Origin: Candidatus Pelagibacter sp.
GTDB lineage: Bacteria; Pseudomonadota; Alphaproteobacteria; Pelagibacterales; Pelagibacteraceae
Assembly: GCF_052049815.1 (NCBI RefSeq)
Contig: NZ_JBNGZG010000002.1
Location: forward strand, 798-64,797
Direction of reading: 5' to 3'
DNA: 64,000 nt
Shown here: in pieces, positions 40,260 to 50,753 of the stretch
Layout: each line of letters starts with the position of its first letter
Position numbering within the stretch: position 1 is the stretch's first letter
Program-made: the position numbers and the translations under genes
Notes under the pieces: model-generated
Seen by the model: only the letters and a program-made list of their open reading frames with translations
Database searches by the model: none
Told to the model about the DNA's origin: nothing

Positions 40260-40669
40260 TGTTACAACCAGTAAGAACTAAATGGAGAAAAGCACACAAA
40301 GGTAGAATCCATGGAAATGCCTCTAGAGCAAATTTTATTAATTATGGTGCTTTTGCTCTTAAAGCTTTGTCGCCTGAAAGAATTACAGGTAAGCAAATTG
40401 AAGCTGCTAGAGTAGCACTTACAAGACATATGAAAAGACAAGGAAGAGTTTGGACTAGAGTTTTCCCTAATATACCTGTTTCAAAGAAACCCATAGAAGT
40501 TAGAATGGGTAAAGGTAAAGGTTCACCAGAGTATTATGCATGTCGTGTAAAACCAGGTAGAATTTTATTTGAGATAGATGGTGTATCCGAACAAATTGCT
40601 AAAGAAGCTTTATATAAGGCCTCAGCGAAATTACCTATAAAAACTAAAACAATTAAAAGGTTTGCGTAA
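40259..40669 (+). CDS. rplP: 50S ribosomal protein L16
   Basis: [20 protein letters not shown]. Confidence 0.99.
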   Translation: MLQPVRTKWRKAHKGRIHGNASRANFINYGAFALKALSPERITGKQIEAARVALTRHMKRQGRVWTRVFPNIPVSKKPIEVRMGKGKGSPEYYACRVKPGRILFEIDGVSEQIAKEALYKASAKLPIKTKTIKRFA

Positions 40670-40861
40670 ATGAAAAGAACTGAAATAAAAAAAATGTCAA
40701 AAGATGAAATTGTTAAGAATATTGACAAATTTAAAAAAGATCTTTTCAATTTTAGATTTCAAAAAATGAATTCACAAGTAACAAATCCAGCAAAAATTGG
40801 AGAAACAAAAAAAACTATAGCAAGATTAAAAACATTTTTAAAAGGAAAAACAAATGCCTAA
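40670..40861 (+). CDS. rpmC: 50S ribosomal protein L29
   Basis: [16 protein letters not shown]; synteny. Confidence 0.95.
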   Translation: MKRTEIKKMSKDEIVKNIDKFKKDLFNFRFQKMNSQVTNPAKIGETKKTIARLKTFLKGKTNA

Positions 40862-41090
40862 AAAAATATTAACAGGAATAGTTGTCAGCGATAAACCTAA
40901 CAAAACTGTAACTGTAATGGTAGAGAGAAAATACTCACATCCAGTTCTCAAAAAGGTTGTTAAAGTAAGAAAAAAATACAACGCTCATGACGAAAATAAT
41001 AAATTTAAAAATGGAGATAAAGTTTCAATTATTGAAAGTAAACCATTTTCAAAAAATAAAAAATTTCAAGTAATGGAGAATACTAAGTAA
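40854..41090 (+). CDS. rpsQ: 30S ribosomal protein S17
   Basis: [26 protein letters not shown]. Confidence 0.98.
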   Translation: MPKKILTGIVVSDKPNKTVTVMVERKYSHPVLKKVVKVRKKYNAHDENNKFKNGDKVSIIESKPFSKNKKFQVMENTK

Positions 41091-41458
41091 TGATACAAGT
41101 ACAAACAGAATTACAAGTTGCTGATAACACAGGTGCTAAAAGAATTGAGTGTATTAAAGTTTTGGGAGGTTCAAAAAGACGATATGCTAGCATAGGTGAC
41201 ACGATTGTAATTGCTGTAAAAGAAGCAATTCCTAAAGGTAAAGTTAAAAAAGGATCTGTTCATAAGGCTGTGGTTGTAAGAGTAAAAAAGGGTATTCATA
41301 GAGATGATGGATCTAAAGTTAGATTTGACAATAATGCTGCGGTGCTGGTTGATGATAAAGGAGAACCAGTTGGAACTAGAATATTTGGTCCAGTAACGAG
41401 AGAGTTGAGAACAAGAGGGCAAATGAAAATTATTTCTTTGGCACCAGAGGTTTTATAA
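41090..41458 (+). CDS. rplN: 50S ribosomal protein L14
   Basis: [24 protein letters not shown]. Confidence 0.99.
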   Translation: MIQVQTELQVADNTGAKRIECIKVLGGSKRRYASIGDTIVIAVKEAIPKGKVKKGSVHKAVVVRVKKGIHRDDGSKVRFDNNAAVLVDDKGEPVGTRIFGPVTRELRTRGQMKIISLAPEVL

Positions 41459-41460
41459 AA

Positions 41461-41709
41461 ATGATAAAAAAAGGTTTAAAAGTTTTAGTATTAGCTGGAA
41501 AAGACAAAAAAAAAGAAGGTGAAGTTATTGAGATTGATAGATCAATGAATAGAGCAAAAGTTAAAGATATTAATATGGTTAAGAAACACGTTAAAACTAC
41601 AAAAGAAAAAAAAGGTGGAATTGTATCTAAAGAAAGTTTTATCCATATCTCAAATTTAAAATTAATTGATGAGAAAGCTAAAATATCAAAAAAAGAGGCT
41701 AAAAAATAA
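41461..41709 (+). CDS. rplX: 50S ribosomal protein L24 (short, 82 aa)
   Basis: [10 protein letters not shown] motif, GGIVSKE, IHISNL. Confidence 0.96.
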   Translation: MIKKGLKVLVLAGKDKKKEGEVIEIDRSMNRAKVKDINMVKKHVKTTKEKKGGIVSKESFIHISNLKLIDEKAKISKKEAKK

Positions 41710-41711
41710 TT

Positions 41712-42266
41712 ATGTCACCAAGATTAAAAGAAATATATTTAAAAGAAATTCAACCAGCACTTAAAGAGCAATTTGGTTTGAAAAACATTTATATGGGTCC
41801 AAAAATTGAGAAGATTGTCTTGAATATGGGTCTTGGTTTAGATGGAAATGATAGTAAAATTTTAAAATCATGTGAAGAAGATATGGGTAAAATTACTGGA
41901 CAAAAACCTGTAATAACAAAATTCAAAAAATCCGTAGCAAATTTTAAAACAAGAAAAGGTTCTAATGCAGGTTTGAAAGTCACTCTAAGAAAGAACAAAA
42001 TGTATGAATTTTTAGACAGATTAGTAAATATTGCTTTGCCAAGAATTAAAGATTTCAGAGGGTTATCTCCAAAAGGTTTTGATAAGTTTGGTAATTACAC
42101 TTTTGGAATTAAAGAACACATAATTTTTACTGAAGTAAGCTTTGATCGTGCTGATAAAGTAAGAGGATTGGATATTACAATAGCTATTTCTTCAAAGAGT
42201 CAAGAACATAGTTATGCATTACTAGAAAAACTTAACTTTCCATTTATTAAAAAAGGAGACAATTAA
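41712..42266 (+). CDS. rplE: 50S ribosomal protein L5
   Basis: ITGQKPV, ALPRIKDFRG, FDKFGNY. Confidence 0.99.
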   Translation: MSPRLKEIYLKEIQPALKEQFGLKNIYMGPKIEKIVLNMGLGLDGNDSKILKSCEEDMGKITGQKPVITKFKKSVANFKTRKGSNAGLKVTLRKNKMYEFLDRLVNIALPRIKDFRGLSPKGFDKFGNYTFGIKEHIIFTEVSFDRADKVRGLDITIAISSKSQEHSYALLEKLNFPFIKKGDN

Positions 42267-42267
42267 T

Positions 42268-42573
42268 ATGGCTAAATTGAGCTCAATTAATAAAAACAAT
42301 AAGAGAATTAAACTTTCCGATAAGTTTTATAAAAAAAGAGAAAAACTTAAAAAAATAATAATGGATAAAAAATTGCCTTTTGAAGAAAGATTTAAGGCAC
42401 AACAAAAATTATCAAAATTACCAAGAAATTCTGCAAAGATTAGAGTTATGAATAGATGTCAAATAACTGGCAGACCTCATGGTGTTTATAGAAAATTAAA
42501 GATTTCTAGGATTGCTTTAAGACAGTTAGGATTACAAGGCAAAATTCCTGGATTAGTGAAATCAAGTTGGTAG
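42268..42573 (+). CDS. rpsN: 30S ribosomal protein S14 (long, zinc-independent type)
   Basis: LPRNS, RCQITGRPHG, IPGLVKSSW; only one Cys. Confidence 0.98.
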   Translation: MAKLSSINKNNKRIKLSDKFYKKREKLKKIIMDKKLPFEERFKAQQKLSKLPRNSAKIRVMNRCQITGRPHGVYRKLKISRIALRQLGLQGKIPGLVKSSW

Positions 42574-42583
42574 AAAGGAAATT

Positions 42584-42979
42584 ATGAGTTTAAGTGACCC
42601 AATTGGAGATATGATAGCCAGAGTAAAAAATGCTCAAGCAAGAAATCATAAAAAGGTAGAATTACCTTCTTCAAACTTTAAAAGTAAAATAGCAGATATT
42701 TTAAAAAATGAGGGTTTCATCAAAGATTTTAAAGTTAACAACGATAATAATAAAGCAGTTTTATCGTTAGAGCTTAAATATCACTCTGGAAACCCAGTTA
42801 TTAGTACTTTTGAAAGAGTATCAAAACCAGGAAGAAGAATTTTTTCTAGCGCTGAAGGCTTACCAAAAATCAATAATGGCTTAGGTATAGCTATAGTATC
42901 AACACCCAAAGGTGTGATGACAGATTTAGACGCAAGAAAACAACGTGTCGGTGGAGAAATAATTTGTAAGGTATTTTAA
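42584..42979 (+). CDS. rpsH: 30S ribosomal protein S8
   Basis: DPIGDMIARVKNA, SKPGRR, VSTPKGVM. Confidence 0.99.
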   Translation: MSLSDPIGDMIARVKNAQARNHKKVELPSSNFKSKIADILKNEGFIKDFKVNNDNNKAVLSLELKYHSGNPVISTFERVSKPGRRIFSSAEGLPKINNGLGIAIVSTPKGVMTDLDARKQRVGGEIICKVF

Positions 42980-43518
42980 TGTCTAAAATAGGAAAAATTA
43001 ATATAGCAGTACCAGAAAAAGTCAAAGTAGCTTTGGCGGGCAATAATTTAAATATTGAAGGCCCTTTAGGAAAAAAATCAATTGATATTGATTTAGATAT
43101 TTTTAATTTGGACATTAAAGATGGGAAAGAAATTTCAATAAAACCAAAAAAAATTGATCAGAATACAAAAAGACTTTGGGGAATGAATAGAAGTTTAATC
43201 AATAATGCAGTAATAGGATCAAGTACAGGTTATGAAAAAACTCTTGAGCTTGTTGGTGTAGGTTATAGGGCAGCATTAAAAGGCAATCAATTAAACCTTC
43301 AATTAGGTTATAGTCACGATATAAACTTTGATATTCCTGAAGGAATAAAGATAGCTGTTGAAAAACAAACTACATTAAAAATAACTGGATCTGATAAACA
43401 ACAAGTTGGACTAGTTGCCTCTAAAATAAAGACACTAAGAAAAATTGAACCTTATAAAGGCAAAGGAATAAGAGAAAAAGGGCAGTATGTGTTGAAAAAA
43501 GAAGGAAAGAAAAAATAA
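42979..43518 (+). CDS. rplF: 50S ribosomal protein L6
   Basis: GPLG, GVGYRA, LGYSH, EPYKGKG. Confidence 0.99.
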   Translation: MSKIGKINIAVPEKVKVALAGNNLNIEGPLGKKSIDIDLDIFNLDIKDGKEISIKPKKIDQNTKRLWGMNRSLINNAVIGSSTGYEKTLELVGVGYRAALKGNQLNLQLGYSHDINFDIPEGIKIAVEKQTTLKITGSDKQQVGLVASKIKTLRKIEPYKGKGIREKGQYVLKKEGKKK

Positions 43519-43874
43519 TGAAAATAAACACAAGTGTTAGAAAAAAATTCAGAGTAAGCAATAAGGTTAAAAAAGTTGCTTCAAAAGATAGATTCAGATT
43601 AAGTATATCAAGATCTGCAAGAAATATTTCGGCACAAATTATTGATGATTCCAAAAATATAACTTTGTTATCTGCCTCTTCAGTTGAAAAAGATATTAAA
43701 GCTGGTGAAAAAATGAATAAATCTAAATTATCAGAATTTGTTGCAGAAAGATTAGCAAAAAAAGCTCAAGAAAAGAAAATAACAAAAATATTTTTCGATA
43801 GAGGAGTTTACAAATATCATGGAAGAGTAAAAATTTTTGCTGAAACTTTACGAAAAAATGGAATGGAATTTTAA
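43518..43874 (+). CDS. rplR: 50S ribosomal protein L18
   Basis: [25 protein letters not shown]. Confidence 0.98.
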   Translation: MKINTSVRKKFRVSNKVKKVASKDRFRLSISRSARNISAQIIDDSKNITLLSASSVEKDIKAGEKMNKSKLSEFVAERLAKKAQEKKITKIFFDRGVYKYHGRVKIFAETLRKNGMEF

Positions 43875-43876
43875 TA

Positions 43877-44392
43877 ATGGAAAATAATAAAGATAAAAAA
43901 ACTGACGATATTTTAGAAAAACTAGTCCATATCAACAGAATCACTAAAGTTGTTAAAGGTGGTAGAAGGTTTGGATTTTCAGCATTAGTTGTAGTTGGCA
44001 ATCAAGCTGGCAGAATTGGAATTGCCCACGCTAAAGCTAAACAAGTACCTGATGCTATAAAAAAAGCGAATGAGATGGCAAGAAGAAAACTAATTCAAAT
44101 TCCACTAAGAGAAGGTAGAACAATTCATCATGATGTTAAAGCTAAAGATGGCTCTGGTAGAATAGTATTAAGAGCTGCATCTAAAGGAACTGGAATTATT
44201 GCTGGCGGACCAGTTAGAGCAGTATGTGAAGTTTTAGGAGTTAAAGATATAGTTGCGAAATCGATGGGAACTTCAAATGCACACAATGTAATAAGAGCAA
44301 CAATGAAAGCGCTAATGAAACAAAATTCACCTAAACAAATTTCAGCAATCAGAAATAAAAAAATTTCAGAAATAATTGAAAAAAGAGGATAA
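43877..44392 (+). CDS. rpsE: 30S ribosomal protein S5
   Basis: [27 protein letters not shown]. Confidence 0.99.
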   Translation: MENNKDKKTDDILEKLVHINRITKVVKGGRRFGFSALVVVGNQAGRIGIAHAKAKQVPDAIKKANEMARRKLIQIPLREGRTIHHDVKAKDGSGRIVLRAASKGTGIIAGGPVRAVCEVLGVKDIVAKSMGTSNAHNVIRATMKALMKQNSPKQISAIRNKKISEIIEKRG

Positions 44393-44844
44393 TGACTACA
44401 TTAAATACAAAGGTTAAAATTAATAAAAGTAAAATCAGAGTTGGAAGGGGAATTGGCTCTGGTAAGGGAAAAACTTCAGGAAGAGGCATTAAAGGTCAAA
44501 AATCAAGATCAGGTGTTGCTATAAAAAGTTTTGAGGGCGGTCAGATGCCATTATACAGAAGATTACCTAAGAGAGGATTTAATCCAATTTCAAAAGAAGA
44601 TGTTGCAATTTTAAATTTGGAAAAAATTCAATCCTATATTGATAAGAAGAGTATTAAAACTACAGATGTTTTAAATGCTGACACATTAAAAAAATTAAAA
44701 TTAATTAACAAAAATTCAAAAAAACTAAAAATTTTGGGTACAGGCGATATTAAAGACAAAATAAATATCGAAGCAGACCTTGCTTCAAAATCAGCTCTAT
44801 CTAAATTAGAAAAAATTGGCGGTTCAATCCAATTAAAAAAATAG
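44392..44844 (+). CDS. rplO: 50S ribosomal protein L15
   Basis: RVGRGIGSGKGKTSGRG, FEGGQMPLYRRLPKRGF. Confidence 0.99.
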   Translation: MTTLNTKVKINKSKIRVGRGIGSGKGKTSGRGIKGQKSRSGVAIKSFEGGQMPLYRRLPKRGFNPISKEDVAILNLEKIQSYIDKKSIKTTDVLNADTLKKLKLINKNSKKLKILGTGDIKDKINIEADLASKSALSKLEKIGGSIQLKK

Positions 44845-44854
44845 TTAGGGATCA

Positions 44855-46138
44855 ATGAGCTCAACTTCTTCAACAACAGATCTTAAGAATAGAATTATAT
44901 TTACTATTTTCATTTTAACTGTTTATAGATTTGGAACATTTGTTCCATTACCTGGTATTGATCCAGAGCAACTTAAAATTATGATGGATGGTAATCAAAA
45001 AGGTTTGCTTGGAATGTTTAATGTTTTTGCAGGTGGTGCTGTAAGTAGAATGGCAATATTTGCTTTAGGTATAATGCCATATATTTCATCTTCGATTATA
45101 GTTCAACTTTTGACAGGAGTTTCAGATTACTTTAAAAATTTAAAATCCCAAGGAGAAATGGGTAGAGCTAAAATTACTCAAATAACAAGATACGGAACTG
45201 TATTGTTAGCCACAGTTCAAGGATATGGTTTAGCTGTTGGATTGGAGTCTTCAGCAAATTTAGTAATAAACCCTGGTATATTCTTTAAAATTTCAACAGT
45301 CACAACAATTGTTGCTGGAACAATTTTCTTAATGTGGTTAGGTGAGCAGATAACACAGAGAGGTATTGGGAACGGTATTTCTTTAATTATTTTTGCTGGT
45401 ATTGTTGCTGAAATACCTAGGGCATTAGTAACAACTTTTGAATTAGGTCGAACTGGTGCTGTCTCTACTTTTATGATTTTGGCAATATTTATTTTATTAA
45501 TATTAACAATTCTTTTTATTGTGTTTATGGAGAGAGCTTTAAGAAAAATCTTAATTAATTACCCAAAAAGACAAATGGGTAATAAATTATATGGTGGCGA
45601 GTCATCACATTTACCGTTAAAGATTAATCAAGCAGGAGTGATACCTGCAATTTTCGCTTCCGCACTGTTATTATTACCAGTAACGTTTTCAAATTTTAAT
45701 TTTTCAGAAAATGAAACCTTTTTAAATATAAGTTCTTTCTTTACTCAAGGTCAACCTTTGTACATGCTACTTTATGCATCTGGAATTATCTTTTTTACTT
45801 TTTTTTACACATCAATTACATTCAATCCAGTTGAAACTGCAGAGAACTTAAGAAAATATGGTGGCTTTGTTCCAGGAATTAGACCAGGTGAAAGTACTGC
45901 AATTTACATTGAAAATATTTTAACTAAGTTGACAACAATTGGGGCACTTTATTTAACTCTAGTTTGTCTGATGCCTGAATTTTTAATTGCAAATTATCCA
46001 ATCCCTTTTTATCTTGGAGGCACATCAGTTTTAATTGTTGTGGTTGTAGCCATTGATACTGTAACTCAAATTCAAACTAGATTAATGAGTTCACAATATG
46101 AGCAATTAATCAAAAAAACAAAATTTGGAAATAGATAA
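44855..46138 (+). CDS. secY: Preprotein translocase subunit SecY
   Basis: LGIMPYISSSIIVQLL, GIGNGISLIIF, GIRPG, GGTSVLIVV. Confidence 0.99.
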   Translation: MSSTSSTTDLKNRIIFTIFILTVYRFGTFVPLPGIDPEQLKIMMDGNQKGLLGMFNVFAGGAVSRMAIFALGIMPYISSSIIVQLLTGVSDYFKNLKSQGEMGRAKITQITRYGTVLLATVQGYGLAVGLESSANLVINPGIFFKISTVTTIVAGTIFLMWLGEQITQRGIGNGISLIIFAGIVAEIPRALVTTFELGRTGAVSTFMILAIFILLILTILFIVFMERALRKILINYPKRQMGNKLYGGESSHLPLKINQAGVIPAIFASALLLLPVTFSNFNFSENETFLNISSFFTQGQPLYMLLYASGIIFFTFFYTSITFNPVETAENLRKYGGFVPGIRPGESTAIYIENILTKLTTIGALYLTLVCLMPEFLIANYPIPFYLGGTSVLIVVVVAIDTVTQIQTRLMSSQYEQLIKKTKFGNR

Positions 46139-46149
46139 GGATTAGTTAA

Positions 46150-46791
46150 GTGAATATCATTTTATTTGGTCCTCCTGGAGCAGGTAAAGGCACTCAAGCA
46201 CAAAAGTTAGTTGAAAATCATAATTATTATCAAATTTCGACTGGTGATCTTTTAAGAAACGAAGCAAATAAAAAGTCTAATATTGGAGTTGAAATTGAGA
46301 AATTAATATCAAAAGGTGAGTTTGTTTCTGATGAAATTGTTAACGATTTATTAAAACAAACGCTTTCTAAATTAAATTCTCATGATCCAATAATTTTTGA
46401 TGGATACCCAAGATCAATATCTCAAGCATCAAATTTAGAACAAATTTTAAATAATTTTAGACGAAAGATAGATTTTGTAATCTCTCTAAATGTTTCTAGA
46501 GATATAATTCAAAAAAGAATAATGGGTAGAGTTACTTGTGAAAAATGTAATATCACATTAAATGAATATTTTGATCAAGAAAGAATAAAAAAACTAAGTT
46601 GTAGTGGAAAACATTTGGTAAAAAGAAAAGATGATAACCTAGAAACTATCTTAAACAGGTATGACAAATATATTGAAACTACTAAACCAGTATTAGATTT
46701 TCTATCCAAAAAAACAACCATACATGAAGTTGATGGAACCCTAAAAATAGAGGAAATTACTGATAAAATTGAGCATATTATTAAGGGATAA
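46150..46791 (+). CDS. adk: Adenylate kinase
   Basis: GTG start; GPPGAGKGTQA, STGDLLR, DGYPR, RKDD. Confidence 0.97.
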   Translation: MNIILFGPPGAGKGTQAQKLVENHNYYQISTGDLLRNEANKKSNIGVEIEKLISKGEFVSDEIVNDLLKQTLSKLNSHDPIIFDGYPRSISQASNLEQILNNFRRKIDFVISLNVSRDIIQKRIMGRVTCEKCNITLNEYFDQERIKKLSCSGKHLVKRKDDNLETILNRYDKYIETTKPVLDFLSKKTTIHEVDGTLKIEEITDKIEHIIKG

Positions 46792-46795
46792 GAAG

Positions 46796-46823
46796 TTGAC
46801 TTTAGAAGATCTTCTTATATAAA
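46796..46823 (+). promoter_or_regulatory. sigma70-type promoter of rpsM-rpsK-rpoA-rplQ
   Basis: TTGACT (46796-46801), 16 nt, TATAAA (46818-46823). Confidence 0.55.
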
Positions 46824-46845
46824 GGCTACAATTTATCACAGATTT

Positions 46846-47229
46846 ATGGCACGTATTGCAGGTATTAACATTCCACAAAATAAGCTTGTCCACATTGGAC
46901 TAACATATATTTACGGAATAGGTGACAAGTTCTCAAATCAGATTTGTTCTTCTCTGGAAATTCCAAGAGAAAAAAGAGTTAACGAATTAACTGACGAAGA
47001 GATTTTAAAAATAAGAGAATACATAGATCAAAATTTCAAAGTCGAAGGTGATTTAAGAAGAGATTATTCTTTAAGCATTAAACGTTTAATTGATCTAGCT
47101 TGTTATAGAGGCTCAAGACATAGAAAAAAACTACCTGTTAGAGGTCAAAGAACTAGATGTAATGCAAGAACAAGAAAAGGTAAAGCTATAGCTATTGCTG
47201 GAAAAAAATTAACACCAACTAAAAAATAA
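46846..47229 (+). CDS. rpsM: 30S ribosomal protein S13
   Basis: [23 protein letters not shown]. Confidence 0.99.
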   Translation: MARIAGINIPQNKLVHIGLTYIYGIGDKFSNQICSSLEIPREKRVNELTDEEILKIREYIDQNFKVEGDLRRDYSLSIKRLIDLACYRGSRHRKKLPVRGQRTRCNARTRKGKAIAIAGKKLTPTKK

Positions 47230-47231
47230 AA

Positions 47232-47681
47232 ATGGCTAAAACAGAAAAAACTGATAACAAAGATCAGAAGGTAGAAAAATCTTCAAAAAAGTCTAACAAA
47301 AGTTCGTACTCAAAAAAGAAAAAATCAAAAAAAAACATACTTAATGGAATTGCGTATGTTCAATCTACATTTAATAATACAATAGTTTCAATTGCTGATA
47401 CGAATGGAAATGTTATTTCTTGGTCGTCTGCAGGCTCTAAAGGCTTTAAAGGTTCAAGAAAATCGACTCCGTATGCAGCTCAAATAGCAGCCGATACAGC
47501 AGCTTCTAAAGCTCTTGAATATGGAATGAAAACTTTGTCTGTAGAAGTTAAAGGACCAGGTTCAGGTAGAGAAACAGCTCTTAGAGCATTACAGGCAAGA
47601 GGTTTTAAAATTTTATCTATCAAGGATACAACGCCAATGCCACATAACGGAACAAGACCACCTAAGAAAAGGAGAGTTTAA
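47232..47681 (+). CDS. rpsK: 30S ribosomal protein S11 (Lys/Ser-rich N-terminal extension)
   Basis: [31 protein letters not shown]. Confidence 0.99.
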   Translation: MAKTEKTDNKDQKVEKSSKKSNKSSYSKKKKSKKNILNGIAYVQSTFNNTIVSIADTNGNVISWSSAGSKGFKGSRKSTPYAAQIAADTAASKALEYGMKTLSVEVKGPGSGRETALRALQARGFKILSIKDTTPMPHNGTRPPKKRRV

Positions 47682-48709
47682 TGGAAACTGAAAATGTAAA
47701 CATTAAAAATTGGAAATCATTAATTAAGCCTACAAAGCTTGACGTTAAAATGAGTGAAGATTTAACACAAGCAACAATAGTCGCAGAACCACTTGAAAAA
47801 GGTTATGGATTAACTTTAGGCAACTCTTTAAGAAGAATACTTTTATCTTCAATAAGAGGTACTGCTGTAACATCAATCCAGATTGATGGGGTGTTACATG
47901 AATTTACATCTATTAAAGGGGTTAGAGAAGATGTAACTGATATTGTTTTAAATGTTAAATCATTAGCACTAAAAAGTGCTTCTGAAGGAACAAAAAAGTT
48001 AATTTTAGATGCTAAGGGTCCAGGAGAAATTAAAGCATCTGATATTGCTCCAATTGCAGATGTTGAAATTTTAAATCCTGACTTAGTCATATGTAATTTA
48101 GATGAAAATACTAATTTTCATATGGAAATGAATGTAAATACAGGAAAAGGTTATGTACCTGCAGAATTAAATAAACCAGAAGAACCACCATTAGGATTAA
48201 TTGCAATTGATTCATTATATAGTCCAGTAAAGAAAGTTTCATATTCTGTAAGTACTGCAAGAGAAGGAAAAGCACTTGATTATGATAAACTTACTATGCA
48301 AGTTGAAACTAACGGATCAATATCAGCAGAAGATGCTGTAGCTTATTCAGCAAGAATTTTCCAAGATCAACTTAAAATGTTTATTAATTTTGACGAACCT
48401 GTTGAGGCACCAGTAAAAGAAGTTTCTACAGAACCTGAATTTAATAAAAACTTATTAAGAAAAGTAGATGAATTAGAACTTTCAGTAAGATCAATGAATT
48501 GTTTAAAAAATGATAACATTATTTACATTGGGGATTTGGTTCAAAAATCCGAAGGTGAGATGCTTAGAACACCAAATTTCGGTAGAAAATCTTTAAATGA
48601 AATTAAAGAAGTCTTAACTGGTATGTCTTTGTATTTAGGTATGGAAATTCCAAATTGGCCACCAGATAATATAGCTGAAATGTCAAAAAAACTTGAGGAA
48701 GCAATTTAA
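47681..48709 (+). CDS. rpoA: RNA polymerase alpha subunit
   Basis: [40 protein letters not shown]. Confidence 0.99.
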   Translation: METENVNIKNWKSLIKPTKLDVKMSEDLTQATIVAEPLEKGYGLTLGNSLRRILLSSIRGTAVTSIQIDGVLHEFTSIKGVREDVTDIVLNVKSLALKSASEGTKKLILDAKGPGEIKASDIAPIADVEILNPDLVICNLDENTNFHMEMNVNTGKGYVPAELNKPEEPPLGLIAIDSLYSPVKKVSYSVSTAREGKALDYDKLTMQVETNGSISAEDAVAYSARIFQDQLKMFINFDEPVEAPVKEVSTEPEFNKNLLRKVDELELSVRSMNCLKNDNIIYIGDLVQKSEGEMLRTPNFGRKSLNEIKEVLTGMSLYLGMEIPNWPPDNIAEMSKKLEEAI

Positions 48710-48711
48710 AA

Positions 48712-49155
48712 ATGAGACACGGCTTAGCTAATAAGAAATTAAATAGAACATCTGAACATAGGAAAGCTTTGTTAAAAAACATGCTTAATTCTCTGATAAA
48801 ATATGAACAGATTAAAACTACGTTACCAAAAGCAAAATTTCTTAAGCCTCAAGCTGATAAAATAATTACATTAGGAAAAAAAGATACCTTACATAACACT
48901 AAGATGTTAGTTTCACAGCTACAAGATATGAAATCTGCAAATAAAGTAAAAAAAACTTTATCAAAAAGATATGAAAAAAGAAGTGGTGGTTACACTAGAA
49001 TAATCAAAGCAGGTTTCAGATATGGTGATAATGCTCCTATGGCAATAATTGAATTTATTGACAGAGACGTTGAGGCGAAAAGAGTAGATAAAAAGAAAAA
49101 AGAATCTTCAAAAGAAGCTGAGAAAACAGAAGAAAAGAAATTAGCTACAAGCTAA
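48712..49155 (+). CDS. rplQ: 50S ribosomal protein L17
   Basis: MRHG, RTSEHRKA, TTLPKAK, GGYTRI, GDNAPMA. Confidence 0.99.
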   Translation: MRHGLANKKLNRTSEHRKALLKNMLNSLIKYEQIKTTLPKAKFLKPQADKIITLGKKDTLHNTKMLVSQLQDMKSANKVKKTLSKRYEKRSGGYTRIIKAGFRYGDNAPMAIIEFIDRDVEAKRVDKKKKESSKEAEKTEEKKLATS

Positions 49156-49176
49156 TTTTAATATAAAATACACTTA

Positions 49177-50088
49177 ATGATCAAATCTTTTATCGTTGAT
49201 AAAACGTATGCTAGTATGCGTATTGATAAATATTTGAGATTTAATATTGGCAAGTTTCCCCAATCATTAATTGAGAAATCTTTAAGAAATGGAAAAGTTA
49301 AAGTCAATAATAAAAAAGTTAAAAGTAATTTTAAATTAAACCTAGGTGACAAGATCGATTTGCACAATTTTGAATTTAAAGAAAATCTTTTAGAAAAAAA
49401 AATTAAATTTAAACCATCAAACAAGGTAATTAAAGAAAATGAAAATTTAATTATAGATAATAACGAAAACTTTGTAGTTATGAATAAAAGTGCAGGTATT
49501 TCTGTACAAGGTGGAACAAAATCTAAAAAAAATTTAATAGATATATTTTCTAAAAGTGAAATTTTTCAAGACACAAAACCATTTTCAGTTCATAGATTAG
49601 ATAAAGAAACTTCAGGAGTATTTATAATTGCTAAAAATAGAGAAACAGCACAACTCTTAACATCATTATTTAGAATGCGTAAAGTTCACAAAACTTATTT
49701 AGCTATATGTCATGGTGAAATAGAAAAAAACTCTGGCCAATTTAATGATCAACTTATTCGATACGACAATGGAAAAAAAATTATAGAGGAAGCAAAAACA
49801 ACATATAAAGTTCTTGATAAAAATTCAATTTGCTCTTTAGTTGAGCTTAAACCAATAACTGGAAGAAAGCATCAGCTTAGAAAACAACTTTATGCAATTG
49901 GTAATTCTATTTATGGGGACAGTAAATATTCAAATAAACTTTTTAAACAATCTAAAAATAAAAATTTGATGTTACATTCTTATCAAATAAAATTTATGAT
50001 TAATAATAAAAAATATACTTATAGAGCTTCTTTACCAAATTATTTCAATGAATTACTAAAAGTTAAGCGCTTAAAATTTCTAAATTAG
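49177..50088 (+). CDS. rluC: RluA-family pseudouridine synthase with S4 domain
   Basis: RIDKYLR S4 domain, [22 protein letters not shown]. Confidence 0.85.
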   Translation: MIKSFIVDKTYASMRIDKYLRFNIGKFPQSLIEKSLRNGKVKVNNKKVKSNFKLNLGDKIDLHNFEFKENLLEKKIKFKPSNKVIKENENLIIDNNENFVVMNKSAGISVQGGTKSKKNLIDIFSKSEIFQDTKPFSVHRLDKETSGVFIIAKNRETAQLLTSLFRMRKVHKTYLAICHGEIEKNSGQFNDQLIRYDNGKKIIEEAKTTYKVLDKNSICSLVELKPITGRKHQLRKQLYAIGNSIYGDSKYSNKLFKQSKNKNLMLHSYQIKFMINNKKYTYRASLPNYFNELLKVKRLKFLN

Positions 50089-50692
50089 TAATAAAATTCT
50101 TTATTAATTTTTCTTCAATACCTTTATAATTAATATCTTTAATTTTAACTAAATTTGTAACACCTCGATCAGAAATTCCACATGGAATAATATTATTATA
50201 ATTTTTTAAATCGCAATTAATATTCAGTGAAAAACCATGATATGCAATCCATTTACTAACTCTTACTCCGATTGCAGCTATTTTAGTTATTTCATTATTT
50301 TGATTAAACCAAATGCCAATATTCTCTTTATCAGCAAAAACATTGATTTCATATTCGTTTAAAGTTTCTATAATTGTATTTTCAATTATAGAAATAAATT
50401 TTCTAATATCTTTTTTTCTTCTATTTAAATTTATCACAAAATAAAACATTAACTGACCTGGGCCATGATATGTAATTTTTCCACCTCGATTTGTATTAAT
50501 AATTTTTATGTCTTTGTTTAGTATTTCTTCATTTTTAGAGCTAGTTCCCGCAGTATAAACTTCATTATGCTCTAATATCCAAATCAATTCATTAGATTTA
50601 TTATTAATCACATTGCTTAATCTTTTCTCCAATTCTGACAAAGCAAAATTGTAATCTATTGGTTTTATTGACTTTTTAATCTCAATTTTCAT
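50063..50692 (-). CDS. lipB: Octanoyltransferase LipB
   Basis: [36 protein letters not shown]. Confidence 0.96.
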   Translation of the reverse strand: MKIEIKKSIKPIDYNFALSELEKRLSNVINNKSNELIWILEHNEVYTAGTSSKNEEILNKDIKIINTNRGGKITYHGPGQLMFYFVINLNRRKKDIRKFISIIENTIIETLNEYEINVFADKENIGIWFNQNNEITKIAAIGVRVSKWIAYHGFSLNINCDLKNYNNIIPCGISDRGVTNLVKIKDINYKGIEEKLIKNFITNLEILSA

Positions 50693-50753
50693 TTATAAAT
50701 TGTAATCTTCCTAATTTATATTAAAAGATCGATGCAATATAAAAGGTTTAATT

